Of a stretch of 64,000 nt of DNA, positions 33,931-46,815 are shown piece after piece. Position 1 is the first letter of the stretch. The number at the start of each line of letters is the position of its first letter. The DNA comes from Anolis carolinensis (Eukaryota), in the NCBI RefSeq assembly GCF_035594765.1, contig NC_085841.1, positions 263,778,525-263,842,524 on the forward strand. The letters are read 5' to 3'. Both the position numbers and the translations under genes were made by a program. Below the pieces are notes generated by a model, which searched no databases, was not told the DNA's origin, and saw only the letters and a program-made list of their open reading frames with translations.

Positions 33931-35640
33931 ATGAACAGGTATGTGAACAGCCATTGTAATGGAAATGCTTTTGCCAAGTGGAGATTTCTTTACAGCAGGT
34001 AATACCAACCTGTATATAGGCATGTTGATTGGCTGATTTACTCTATCTTCCATCTTAAGAACTTAGGAGCAACTCGTATGTGTTTCCCAGCCAGTTTCTA
34101 GTCCCTATAGCTTGCAGACCCCAATTCTTTTACCTTCAAGAATATGCCTGCATAACGGTGACTGGAAAATATTCTAAAAGGATATTGATCAGATTGGCCA
34201 TAGCTGGTTTGTGTGTGGAATGTGGATTGCATTGCATTGTCTTCCTTGGCATTGTTGAGTTATGTCCCTTAGATACTTGGAAGAGCAGTATTTTCCATGT
34301 GGGTCTAAAATGGGTAGAAGACAATATGTCTGTTCCTATCTACATATGTGCCCATTGTGTTGGACAGAGGAAGCATTAAAAGTGGTCAAAGGATAGAATT
34401 TCAGAAAGAAAGACTTCAAGTAAGACATTTAACTTCAGTTATTGTTAAATGTGTATTTAACTTTGATTACTCCAAGTTATATTTGGAGTAAGGAAATAAT
34501 GATATTACTAAAAGGTGAAGCAACACACATTTTAGAAAGACAACATTGTAACTCTTTTGAAATTTAAGGGAATTTTAACTAATATTTTAATAGAGATTAG
34601 AGAATGAATGCTGGCAGTGTTCTTGAAAAGGCCCAAGCAAGAAATTTCAGAATGACAAATTTTAAAGCTTCTTTGAAATAAAGAGCCAAAGAATGTGAAT
34701 GGCTCTTTTTCTGTTTCATTTAAAGTCATGCACTTGTGTTTTCCTTGAGTGTGTATTGAGCAGAAATTAATTGCCTTGATTCAGATTTTTTTTTAAATTG
34801 GCACCTGTCTTTCCAGAACAAAAAAAGGCAAAGGATACTTCCAGTTGTTTCTGCTTGTGTGTCATCATGTATGAACCATACTTTTCATAATTTCCTATTA
34901 ATCTCTTGCACCTTCTTTTTATTGCTATTGCAGGAATGTCATTTCTTAAGGGACAGAAATTACCTGATTTTATAATTTACAGAGCTGGTCCTTGTTAGAT
35001 GTCCATGTATATTCACAGGAGACTATTTTCAGTATTTTTAGTTCACTTTCCTAAGTTGCTCTGGGTAAAGGCTTATGATCACAGTTTCTTTAATTTATAT
35101 GTACATGTGAATCTCATCCATAAATCTGTGTACCTTTGGGGAGTGCCGTGAATGTATTTTTGCAGTGTATTTTGTATGCAAACTATTTAAAAAATCCCAC
35201 ATTTTAGTTATATAGATTTGGCAATTTTGTCTAACAGTACAATGAAAGATCAGCTTAACGACCAAGCTAAATCCATGCTCACGGTTAGAATATTTAATGC
35301 AAAGCTGAAAGTGACAACACTGGTAAGGGGATATTGTACAAAGCAAGGTAGTTGTGCATCCCTTTAATGTTTTGTGCTGCATATAACAGGGATCCTGTTA
35401 TGCACATTAGAGGTTTTGATGCTCTGATGCCAGGAGCTGAGCTTTTCCCATTACCAAACTTCCTGTCATTGCACCTTGATAATTTGCCCACTATTTGTGC
35501 ATGTCAGAGAATGAGGCCAAATGTAGAATCCAAAAATAATTTTGTACAAAGATGCGGAGTCCATCTGCGGTTATCAAAGCTGTTAAGGCATTTCAGTGCA
35601 TATCAAGGAAGAATTTGTTGTTCATATAATCAAAGTTAGC

Positions 35641-35774
35641 NNNNNNNNNNNNNNNNNNNNNNNNNNNNNNNNNNNNNNNNNNNNNNNNNNNNNNNNNNNN
35701 NNNNNNNNNNNNNNNNNNNNNNNNNNNNNNNNNNNNNNNNNNNNNNNNNNNNNNNNNNNNNNNNNNNNNNNNNN
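35641..35774. other. Assembly gap (134 N)
   Basis: Run of N. Confidence 1.
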
Positions 35775-37265
35775 ATACCCCAGCAATGAGGAAGGAAAAC
35801 CACATGGCATGGACAATCATGCAATTGTTCTGTTCATTTAATGTAACAATTTCCTGATTGTGGGAATTGTGGGTATTTCAGGTGGTGTCCAGGAGTGAAT
35901 TTGTTGTGAACTGAAAACCTATGTATCCACAAAATTGCCAAGTTCTTAGTTCTGCACATCAGTATTCTGTTTCCCTAGGAGCCGAGAAAAATAGGAATGT
36001 GGTCTCATTAAAGCAATATACTTACAAAGAAACATATAAAGCTAATGCTTTGGAACAGCCAAGTTACTTCCCCACTTTCTTTCCATAAGTGTCTTTTTTT
36101 CTTCGACCCTGCCCTATTACTTAGTTTCTTTTTGTAACCATTCAAAATCCTCCTTTTGTGTTGGCTGAAGCAATTTTTATATTCAAGAAACTTCCCTTTG
36201 TCGTAACCAGTAGTCTTGTACCGCTTTGTAATGTTAACCTTCTTAAAACTCAGCAGCCAGTATTTTTCTTTTTGTCATTTACTGAAGCAGCAGGATAATT
36301 TTTTTTCACTTTGGTCCCCTTATCTGTATATATTCTCCAAACTAATTTTTCCAGGTTTTACATTTTATGGCAAGATTATTTATCATTGTGGTTTTTTTCT
36401 TTTGCCCCTCTACATTTCAATCAAAACGTTTGGCTCCAGAAAAATATGTATTTTTAGCAACAAAAGAAGGAAATACACTGAGATTTTTCTTTGAGTCAAA
36501 ACTCCATATTCTGGTTTATAAAAGTGTGCACACAATAAATGGGTCAGACAGTATTTTTCTTCAAAAATCAATAATATGGAAAATGTTCTTGGGAAACACC
36601 CAGTTAAATGTGCACCTCTCTAGGTCTTTCAGTGAGATGCTATGGTAAGGTTTGCTATTATTCATGGTTTCCGGTATCGATGGGCAGGTGGGTTTTTTGA
36701 ATATTCCCCCTGTGGATAAAGGGGTTGTACTGTACAGGAACTAGCATCTTATGAACATTTGTGTAATGTGCACAGTATGAAGTCTTTTTCAGATGTTTAT
36801 TGCATATCCATGGCTACTTGCCTATTCCAACTTGCAATTGTACACATGTACCTCACAATGTGTTTACTGAAGGCATATTGCTTTAATTGTCGACAAAACG
36901 ACAAATGATGACATAGAGAGGAAGAAATGACGCTAAGGGTGGAATGGGGTGGAGTAAAGGAAAGCAAAGCCAGCTGCAAGGAGAAGACTGAGAGATCAAG
37001 GTCCAACTCCAAATTCAACTCTGTACTTCATGAGAGAAAATTCAGGGTATGCCAAGACATTTGCTACCTGGGGCAGAACTGCAGTTGATGTGTCCTCCAA
37101 AATCAGACACACAGTAGCCACTGCTGGGTGTGTTACGTTGGTAGCTGAAGCAACGTATCCCTCAAATCCCCAAACTAGTGAGAAATTATTTCAAATCAGA
37201 CCACTGAAGCAGATGCATAGTGAGTGTGCATTTTAAACTTTATGTACAATCACATAAAGTTTAAA

Positions 37266-37736
37266 TTTATTTATTTATTTACAGTATTATTTACAGTATT
37301 TATATTCCGCCCTTCTTACCCCGAAGGGGACTCAGGGCGGATTACAATGAACACATATATGGCAAACATTCAATGCCAACAGACAAACAACATACATTAG
37401 ACAAACTCAGAGGCATTTTTAACATTTTTCCAGCTTCACGATTCCAGCCACAGGGGGAGCTGTTGCTTCACAGTCCAGAAGTGGCTGTACTTCCTCATTC
37501 CTTTCCTCGTGTTTTGCTGGAAGTTTTATGGTGTTGTAAATTAGCCTCCCGCATAAAGCGTCCCTAAATTTCCCTAATTGACAGGTGCAACTGTCTTTCG
37601 GGGCTGCATAGGTCAACAGCAAGCTGGGGCTATTAATGGTCGGAGGCTTAACCCGACCCGAGCTTCGAACTCATGACCTCTCGGTCAGTAGTGATTTATA
37701 GCAGCTGGTTACTAGCCAGCTGCGCCACAGCCCGGC
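37266..37736 (-). mobile_element. tRNA-derived SINE with L2-type 3' tail, near full length
   Basis: Minus-strand head GCCGGGCTGTGGCGCAGCTGG (A box) and GAGTTCGAAGC (B box); tail CCGCCCTGAGTCCCCTTCGGGGTAAGAAGGGCGGAATATAAAT...(AAAT)n. Confidence 0.85.
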
Positions 37737-38905
37737 ACATATTGGTATAAGGGGAAAATTTAATGGTTATGGGAGGAAAGGAGAGGTGAAACTGACCAGA
37801 CCTTCTTGTAGCAGATTCTTCCACCATGAAAAGACAATCATACTCAGCCAAAAGCCACATTCTTATTTCACTTAGGCTTGGCCAGACTCCCTAGTTGATC
37901 CAGTAAATATTGAGGTATCCCGTTTTGGATTTTAACATGTTATAATGACTTGCCATAGTTGTTTCTGCTACCACATTTAGTCATACTCTAGATACATTGA
38001 CGATAGAATGGTTAGTTGTTTCTTCTACCATATCCAGCCATCCTCTTACTGACGGTAGAGTTGTTGCTGGTGGTAGAGGATTTTATGACTATTCCTGAGC
38101 AGCACATTTCTTTTCAACTGTACTTTTTTTCTTCTTGGAGATATGGTTGAGTATTGTGGACATGGCTTCCTTTCAATTCCTGCCATCCCTTTCATGAACG
38201 TAACATCTACATGCATCCATGCTTCTCCCCCTGTATTGCACATTTAGGATTTTTTGGGAGTCATAGTCATAATGCTGAAAAGACGTAATGTTGTACTACT
38301 TTGGAATTATAACTGTAAGAAGAAAGGGCTGTGGATAGGAAGGCAATGTTCAGTCTGGCAGCCAATAAATTAGTAAGGGAAGGTCTCTGATAGACTGTTT
38401 GACAGCCTGCCATGAAGAATTTGCACAGCACTTTGTAGATAACATAGGTCAGATCCTATTGTAGTTGATACAGTTCCAATGGATGCAACTCTGGTTCCTG
38501 CTTGTCCTATGTTATTGAGTCGCCTTTCACTTTGTGCAGCCTTAGAATGTGGACAGGATCCTTGGAGAAGTGAGAACCACCAGATGTGTGTGCTACACCC
38601 TTTTGGCTTTCCTGGCACAATAAATATTAAAACACAAATAAAATATGAAGCAATGCTAAATCAGGGTAGATTAAAACTTTTTAAATTTAGGCAGACTTTT
38701 AAAACAGAGTTTTTAAAGAGCAGGCAGGGAAGTGCTACCATTATTTAGGTTGAGCTATTCCTAACATTCATCCATCCACCCACTCAAAACTGTATTTTAA
38801 CAGAATCGTTTTAAAAATAGTACTTGTTTAACCCCTATTTTAATATTTACTTTTTGTATGTTTTTAATTGTATTTTTTAAGCTGTGAACCATAAAAATAA
38901 CATCT

Positions 38906-39144
38906 ACAACTGACTATCCCTTATCCAAAATGCTTGGGATTTGAAGCGTTCCATATGTTTCATATATACCTTACACATATAGCCAGAAGGTAATTTTATA
39001 TAATATTTTAAACATTTTTGTGAATGAAATGGAGTTTGTCTACACTGAAACATCAGGGAGGACTAGATTTCTATCATGATAGAAATGTGAACAATTTCAG
39101 ATTTCAAGGTTTTTTGGATTTCAGATAAAGCATTTTCAATCTGT
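38906..39144. mobile_element. Tigger-like MITE, decayed
   Basis: TACAACTGACTATCCCTTATCCAAAATGCTTGGGA / GATAAAGCATTTTCAATCTGTA ends. Confidence 0.55.
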
Positions 39145-39972
39145 AAGAATAACAATCCAATAAAAACACTATAGAGTAGCGGAAGAAGCTGAAATGATGC
39201 AACCAATAAAAAACAAAGTGAAGCCACTACTAAAATAATAATACAGTATAAAAGATCTAAAAGCCTTAAGTGAGAATTCCCTCAGTCTCTGCTGTTTCTC
39301 TTGTCTATAGAACTAGCCCAGTGCTTTGGAGTGAGTCAGCTTCAGCGGGAGATATCGAAATTGACAGCTGCATTTTGCATATCCCAGTCTAGTAAAATAC
39401 CCAAGAAAGCAGCATCCCACTCCTGTGATCACATTGGGCTTATATGTTGTGCATGCCAGTAGACTTTAATGAAGCTCTTGCAATTGATCAGAATTCAGAT
39501 GTCTTCAGGGTTGTCAAGTGTATTGATCCCCCAAGTGAAGAGGCAGAACTGAGAGAAAGAACGCATGGAGAAATGTGCAAAAGGTTATTTGTTTATTAAC
39601 AGTTTAGACCAGTGGTTCTCAAACTACTCTTCGCGGAGCCCTGTTCTTCCCCCTCCCCCTGCCTCCCTCACCCCTAAAGGCCTTTTCTCACTGCTTCCCT
39701 TGCCGCCCAGATCCTTTCTCTCTTGTCTTCCTTGCTTCCAAAACCCTATTTCCCCCCAGCGCTCAGAGGGTGCATTGATTGTGTTTTTCCTGCATGGCAG
39801 AAGGAAGTTGAAGTAGCTGGCCCCTGGGGTTTCTGCTATCATCATCATCATCATCATCATCAGGGCTGGATGGCCATCTATTGAGGGTGCTTTGATTGTA
39901 CTTTTACTGCATGGCAGTAGGAGGTTGGACTGGATGGCCCCTGAGATTGCTCCTATTATTATTATTATTATT

Positions 39973-40447
39973 GACACAACGACGTTGTATGACACAGCAA
40001 ACAAGATAGATATGCTGGATTTCGTTTCACAAAATCACAAGTCGAACACTTCCCAATTGTCTAGGACTGTGTGATGTATTTTCGGATGATGCGTGCAGAT
40101 CCCAGAAAGGTGGCCTTTTGCAGTTGGCAGATCATAATTTTGTCAATGTCTATTGTTTCCAAATGCCGGCTGAGATCTTTTGGCACGGCACCCAGTGTGC
40201 CCATCACCACTGGGACCACCTGCACTGGTTTCTGCCAGAGTCTTTGAAGTTCAATCTTGAGGTCCTGATAGCGGCTGAGTTTTTCCTGTTGTTTTTCTTC
40301 AATGCGACTGTCACCTGGGATGGCAACATCAATGATCCAAAGATCCAAGTTCTTTTCCACAACTGTGATGTCTGGTGTGTTGTGTTCCAGAACTTTGTCA
40401 GTCTGGATTCGGAAGTCCCACAGTATCTTTGCGTGTTCATTTTCCAC
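39973..40447 (-). mobile_element. R4/Dong-clade non-LTR element 3' end (restriction-like endonuclease and 3' UTR)
   Basis: KILWDFRIQTD..HNTPDITVV..IIDVAIPGD..EKLSRYQDL..VPVVMGTLG..LQKAT; stop at 40061; abuts (TTA)n. Confidence 0.9.
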
Positions 40448-40761
40448 GTGGTGGGGGGGGGGCTTAACTGCTCCAATGATGACTGAGGGCTGTGCTGGCG
40501 GTAGTGTAACTACCGGTAGGTCCAACCAAGCCAGAGAGGCCTCAGCTGAGGAGCAGAACTAAGAGCACCTAACCCATTAGCATTATGGAGAAACAAACCC
40601 AAACGAAGTCTATACTGGCTCGGTCGTCGCCCAGGATAAAAAGGACCGCGGTGGATGCTGCTGATTCTGGACATCCATTGACAAGTGGGCTACGGAATCA
40701 TCAAACCCCAAATGAACAGTCACAGAAGCGGCAGAAATACACAATGCCAGAAAACCGCACA

Positions 40762-40765
<4 letters not shown>
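40448..40765 (+). mobile_element. Inverted 5' end (leader plus ORF start at 40585) of the same R4/Dong element
   Basis: Structured leader, then MEKQTQ..SSPR..GHP..RQKYTMPENRTI, resembling R4/Rex6-type N-termini; runs into (ATT)n. Confidence 0.65.

Positions 40766-40815
<50 letters not shown>
40762..40815. repeat. (ATT)n microsatellite (Dong target)
   Basis: Perfect repeat; the other half is at 39954-39972. Confidence 0.95.
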
Positions 40816-40817
<2 letters not shown>

Positions 40818-43381
40818 AGCTTGCTGCTGTTACCATCATTGCAATGGAGGGAAGGAAAGGGAAGGGTGCGTGTGCCACCTTTGGCGTTCAGCCTCCAACA
40901 ACATTCTGGTGGTGAGTTGGACTACTAAGCACTCTATTGAGAGAACTTGCCATCTGCTAAACACCTACAGGACAGAACTTATGGCCTACTGAGCATGCTA
41001 TAGAATAGAACTCACTGCCATTAAGCACTTTATTTGAACAGTAGTTGCCGCCATTAAGCACCTTATTGAACAGAATTTGCCGCCATTAAATATTAAGCAC
41101 TTATAGAACAGAACAGAATTTGGTAAAATTAGAGTTATTCTGTCAATTTCCCTGCCTAAGCACTAGTTCATAATATTAACTGCTTCAACTGTATTACATG
41201 AAAACAAGAGGTAAAATAATGTACTATCTGCATATTGGTAGTCATATCTCTGAATACTTTCTGTTATTGGGTTCAGGTTGGGGATAAGATAGATAGAAAC
41301 ATGAGGAACTCCATGGTACAAACACTCCCCGAGCAGAACAGTTATCCTGTGGTGCCACTTTCTAGAACTGATTTATGAATAAGAGCAAGATCTGTGCAAT
41401 GGAATGCTTTTACATCTCTCCTCAGCCTATCCATAAGTTCACAGAGTTAATATTAATACTGATATTTAGTTATAAATATTTACTGGTACTCATCTTACTT
41501 TTGTTATGGATTATGTCTTTGACTATAAAATATTTAATTTGAAGTATTGATTTTTCTCTTTGTAAGTTTAGAGGTATTGATGAATCTTATAATTTGATAC
41601 AGTTTAATAGCCATTGAAAAAAAGAATGGAAGTTTTTTTTCTTTTCTAATTTCGTCTTCTTTCTTTATATTTGTGTTGGTTCTTTCTCTTTTTTACTTGT
41701 CTCTCTATTTTTAAAGCAGATAACATAGTGTTAGTGCATTGCTTTTTATGTACCTAAAATTTCTAAATAAAATTTAAATAAAAACAGAAGTTGACAGATT
41801 CAAAACTAACTAAGAAGTGCAAGATTACCGAAAAGGTTATATCCTTCAAGGTACTTTCTGCTCCAAAACTAGGTGTGAAACCAGTTTGAAATGGAGCAAG
41901 AAACTCAGCTTCAGCCAAGAGTGCTTGACATTAATCAAATTAATTTTAACAAGCATCTTTTAAAACTACAATTCATGGGAAAAAAAGAGAAAGGTTTTGA
42001 AAACTTCTTGAAGCGGCGACCAGGAGAGAGTAGTATTCAACATGACTACCAAAATAATCTCCATGAACAAATTCCATTTAAATGTAAATTACCTAAAGTG
42101 ATGGTTCCTGTAGGTGTTGTCTATAAAAGCCGAATCGTTTCCCTTCTTCTGTTCAGATGTGTGATTCAGGCATCTGCACATAGCTAAAAATGTCTCTCCA
42201 GCCTCCCAACCGCCTACTATGAAGATCTTTGCACCGGGCTTCTCCGGATCTGCCCTGGAGCAATGCCTCCAGGTGCTGACAGCTGAGACGTGTGCTTCTG
42301 TTGCCAGAACCCTGTTGGTGCCAATTAGAATCCTGATGACTGGCATATCCCATATTGGCAGCACTCTGTGCTTCCTCACTGGGCACCCATCGAGCTGCTT
42401 GGAGCCCTTCACATCCCCTGTGACCTCCCTCAGTTCTCTAAACCTCACAAAAAGGTGTCAGAACATACAGAAAAGCATTACATTTCCTCCGTTCCAGTTT
42501 CTGTAAAAACCACATACAGAATAAGCATCCTTCAGGCCGAGTAACTGAAAGGGAGACAGCTCTGCAGGGAAGAATGGACCAAACAGTTTTTAGATTCTTC
42601 GAGTAATAATGATTATGTTAGTTACTTATTCTTTTTGTGTGAATCGGTACAATTCCATTTCTTTTCAGTGCTGTTCACCTCATGTGTAGCATTTTACTCA
42701 TGACAACTTGTGATGGTCTCATTGTAGATAAAAATCTAGTCCTCCCTGTTAGTTGCTTTGGAATCTAGTTTAAACTATTATTTGCAGATATCTAGGGTTT
42801 TAAAATACTTTGAGTTAGATCCAGACTCCAGTACTTCCTCACATACTAGTCACCACTGCATAATAGTTGCACCCTTAGTTAACTCGTCCACATTTTCCCC
42901 CTTTACCTGGTAGCCAGGTAAAGCCCCATAGCTCCAAGGAAAAGGGGGTGAAGCTTCACTCCTCACGCTTGTCCTCTCTTGGCTGCCTTTCTTTGGTGCT
43001 ATGAAAGCTGAGTGAAGCCCCATAGCTGGAATTTTTTTCCACAGGGTAATAGTCACACCTCCCTTTCTTAGCCAGAAAAAACAGATAAAAATGAGGTTAT
43101 TATGTTGTGAAATACTGGTTGTTGTTGTTGTTGTTGTTGTTGTTATTTGATTTATTCCCCATTTTACCCTCTAAAAAGACTCAAAGCAGCTTACAATAAA
43201 ACCAGTACAATTTAAAACCTAAAAATATATAAACATTAAAATAGAATTAAATATTTACAGCATTAAAAATAAATGGTTAAAACCTTTAAACTGATTTAAA
43301 ACCTATTCATAGTGAATCCCACAGCACTTCTTGACTCGATTTTTTTGTAAAAGGTTAGCCATAGTTTAGTTCTGCTGTAAG

Positions 43382-43685
43382 CAGGCCCGTAGTCAGGATT
43401 TTGATTTGGGAGGGGCTGGGATTTTGCTTGGGGGGGGGGGGGGGGGCTGAGTCTGGGTAGGCAGAGGATCTAGCCTAGCAAACATTTCGTAGCATTATCC
43501 CAGTACCCCCATGCATATGGGATATACTGAGCATGGTGATCAGATCATGATATGAATAAACATAACAGTTTAAATAATAAATATAAGGCCTTCTCATGGA
43601 CCACTCTGAGAATTTCGGGGGGGGGGGGGGGCTGAAGCCCCTCAAGCCCCCCCCCCCCCCCCCCCCCCCCCGCGCTACATGCCTG
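43382..43685 (-). mobile_element. hAT MITE, deletion derivative of the 27669-28952 family
   Basis: TIRs CAGGCCCGTAG / GCTACATGCCTG; perfect 8-bp TSD GCTGTAAG. Confidence 0.9.
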
Positions 43686-44886
43686 GCTGTAAGTCAATGG
43701 TTACTTGACCCATTGATTTGAATCTGACTAAAGTAAAAAGCAACTCATGCTGCATCTAACCCATTAATTTGTAGTCAGTTTCTTAGAGATCACAGCCATG
43801 TTTCCATATAGCTGCTGTGTCTGGAAGTTGTGTCAAGCTTGCATGTGATTGCACTATGCAGATAGCAAGATCCTTTCTTTTTCTTAATGTTTTGAGAAGT
43901 TGTGTAACTGCAGTAGGACCTTACTTAGTTTGCAGCTTGATGTATTTCAGACAAATAAATATTCTCTTGTTAAATTTTCATTTAATCTCTGATTGATTCA
44001 ATCTTCTTGTTGGAATTGCATCTCTAGTTATTCACACGCATACTTCACTCATTTAAGTACCTGGTGCCTAGCACATTTAAATGATTTTCTGTTGCTTTTT
44101 GTTAAATGATGTCATTTGGTGGAGAACATCATTCTAGGTAGGATGTTGGAGAGAATAATTTTTCATTTCTGTAGTGAGTTTCCTTTCTGAATATGAATAT
44201 TAATTGTTCTCTGCAATTTTTTCACTTTGAGTATATTTCTTCAAGTATTCATATGGAGAAAAGAAGTTTCAGAGCCTAAATCCAGTTTTTATATGCATAG
44301 ATATTGTGTTTACAGAGTGCATGTGCTCCTGGTAGAAGGTTTCAGGACCAATACCTGACATCTCCATGTAGGACTGCAAAAATATTTCCCTGAAACCCCA
44401 GATAATTGCTTCACTACTCACAGTATTGGTCTTGGTGGACCAATGGCCTGACATTATAAGGCATTTTTCTGCTGTTGGAAAAAATAATTGAAACATATGT
44501 TTTTAGATTACAGGAGACAATTCATTTCAAGGAAAAAAACACAATAACTTTAAAACAACAGTCAGTTGAGAAATGTAATCTTGAAGGCTCCCACTATAGT
44601 TGTATAAACATGTCTACCATAATGTTCTTTGATTGATTGAATGACGCAACCTCCCTTGAGGCAGATCATAAATTCAAAGAGTTAAGCACAAATTGTTTAG
44701 AAACCACAGCAAAGAGCCTGTTGGCATCATAAAAACTAGCTGTAAACTTGATCTTAATTCAGAAAGATGCTAGCTTTTATTAAGTTCAGTGTTGTCTCCC
44801 CATGGCACTATGTTTCTGTGGTCATGGGATTTCATGCCTTTGCTAGATAGAATTTTGCTGAGGAACCAGATTAAAAATGCCTAGCA

Positions 44887-45020
44887 CAGTGGTTCTCAAC
44901 TTGTGGGTCCTCAGAGGTTTGGCCTTCAACTCCAAGAAATCCTAACAGTTGGTAAGCTGGCTGGGATTTCTGGGAGTTGTTGGCCAAAACATCTGGGGAC
45001 TCACAGGTTGAGAACCATTG
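44887..45020. mobile_element. Palindromic hAT MITE
   Basis: TIRs CAGTGGTTCTCAAC / GTTGAGAACCATTG; TSD GCCTAGCA / GCCTAGAA. Confidence 0.85.
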
Positions 45021-46190
45021 GCCTAGAAGCTCCTAGGCAACAGTAGTAGTGAGGGGTTACAATAGCAGTAGCATCATAGCTAATGATTTCTTAGCAGAAG
45101 GAGGCATGAGTAAACCCCTTTTGAATGCCTTACCATGAAAACACTATGACAAGACAATAGAAAATTAAACAAGAGATGATGTCAGAAAATGAAACTCTCA
45201 GGCCTGAAGTCATGAAGAACAACTGACAAGTATGAATAGTTCTGTGGCTAATGATGCATTTGATCTTAAGCCAAAAGGATATTCGGCTGTTGATGTGGTC
45301 AAAGGTGAAATGAAAATCTGAAGCTATACAATACAATAAGAGCATGGAATGTGAGAAGCAGGAATCAGGGGAAATTAGACATGGTAAAATATGAAATGCA
45401 ATGTATGAACATGGCAATGCTTGGCATGAGTGAGCTAAAGTGGATAGGAATGGCCCAATTGCAGTCAGATAACTTCATAGTTTTACCTAGGAAATGAAAA
45501 TCTAAAAAGAAATGGAGTGGTGTTAATAGTGAGGGAAGATGTAGCAAAAGTAGTCAAGGGATATAATGCAATGTCTAATTGAACAATAACAATAAGATTT
45601 CAAGGAAAATCATTATCCATTTTTAAGTTCCAACTAAAGAGGCAGAAGAAGAAAACTAAAGATTCTATGCTGGAGTCTAGGAGGAAATTGATCATGCACC
45701 ATAACAGGATATAGCGATTATCATGGCCAATTGGAACACAAAAGAAGGAAACAGAAGAACCAAACACTGTAGGAGAAGTTGCCCTAAGATCAAGGAATGA
45801 AGCAAGCAGTGACTGAATTTATGACACCAACAGTTTGTTCATCATCAATACATTCTTCAAGCAACCAAAGAGGCAACTCTATACATGGATAGCCAATACG
45901 GAAATCAGATAAACTACATAATTGGAAGTACAGATCCTAAACTGCTATAAACCGCTACATCAAAATTAGAGTGATTCTAAAGAAGAATACAAAAGCAAAC
46001 ATAACGTCAAAATAGAATCTGAAGATCATCCATCTAGAATTTAAAGATAATGTAAAAATTGATTTTAACTATTAAGCTAATTGACTGGGAGCTAGAAGAA
46101 CTCTGAACTGAAGCCAGACATATTTTGAGGGGAGAATGCAAAAAAAAAAAAGACAATATGTCTAGAGCAGGGCTCCTCAAAGCCCCACAG

Positions 46191-46815
46191 TGTCAGGATC
46201 AGTGCTGAAGACGAAGATGAAGGGCCTCTCTGAGTCTGCAACAGAGTTGGAACAGCAAACTAATCCTGAAAATACTTACTCTGCAGAGTTGAGTCAGGAG
46301 CCTCAAGCAAATAAGGAGGATGAGTCAGGGCAGGATTAGGAACTCCCAGTAGAAGAGCAGGAGTTGAGAATCCCAGCTCGTCTGCTGTTGAGGACAGAGG
46401 GCATTTAGCTGAGAAGATCTCATTGGCTGGCTCAACAGAGAGCCAACAGGTGAGAGCATGTAGAAAAGGTTGTGAGGTGACCTCACAACCTCTGAGGATG
46501 CCTGCCATAGATGTGGGCAAAACATCAGGAGAGAATACTTCTGGAACATGGCCATACAGCCTGGAAAACACACAACAACCCTGTGATCCCGGCCATGAAA
46601 GCCTTCGACAACACGCTGGACTGGTTCTTTGCTGAGAGTAACTTTTGTTGAAGTGCACAGCTAGAATTCCTGATGGTGAATTCTTGCCAGATTTGACTAT
46701 TTGTTGATACTGCTTGGCTTGAACCCTGGGCTGAATTCTGACCATTCCGGTGTTTTGCCTATGTTAAATTGATTTATGTGTATGACCCTGGACTAACTGA
46801 CATTTTGACTACTAT
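46191..46815 (+). mobile_element. Decayed, 3'-truncated Gypsy-type LTR of a family unrelated to 7642
   Basis: Starts TGTCAGGA; acidic coding-like U3; LTR-like GACCCTGGACTAACTGACATTTTGACTAC near the end; no intact 3' terminus seen. Confidence 0.55.
46467..46613. mobile_element. Penelope remnant with short inversion, inserted in the LTR
   Basis: AGGTTGTGAGGT-G-ACCTCACAACCT hairpin, then Penelope terminus ending GAAAGCCTTCGACAACA. Confidence 0.85.

Noticed and set aside
35593-35841. ORFs across the N run
   Set aside because: Artefacts of the assembly gap.
37640-37736. tRNA gene
   Set aside because: A/B boxes belong to a SINE head with body and L2-type tail; no complete cloverleaf.
40585-40992. 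135-aa protein with poly-Ile or poly-Leu
   Set aside because: A retrotransposon ORF start reading through an (ATT)n microsatellite.
42089-42506. Overlapping 77-119 aa ORFs in a GC-richer patch
   Set aside because: No recognisable domain or splice framework; probably a decayed repeat I cannot assign.
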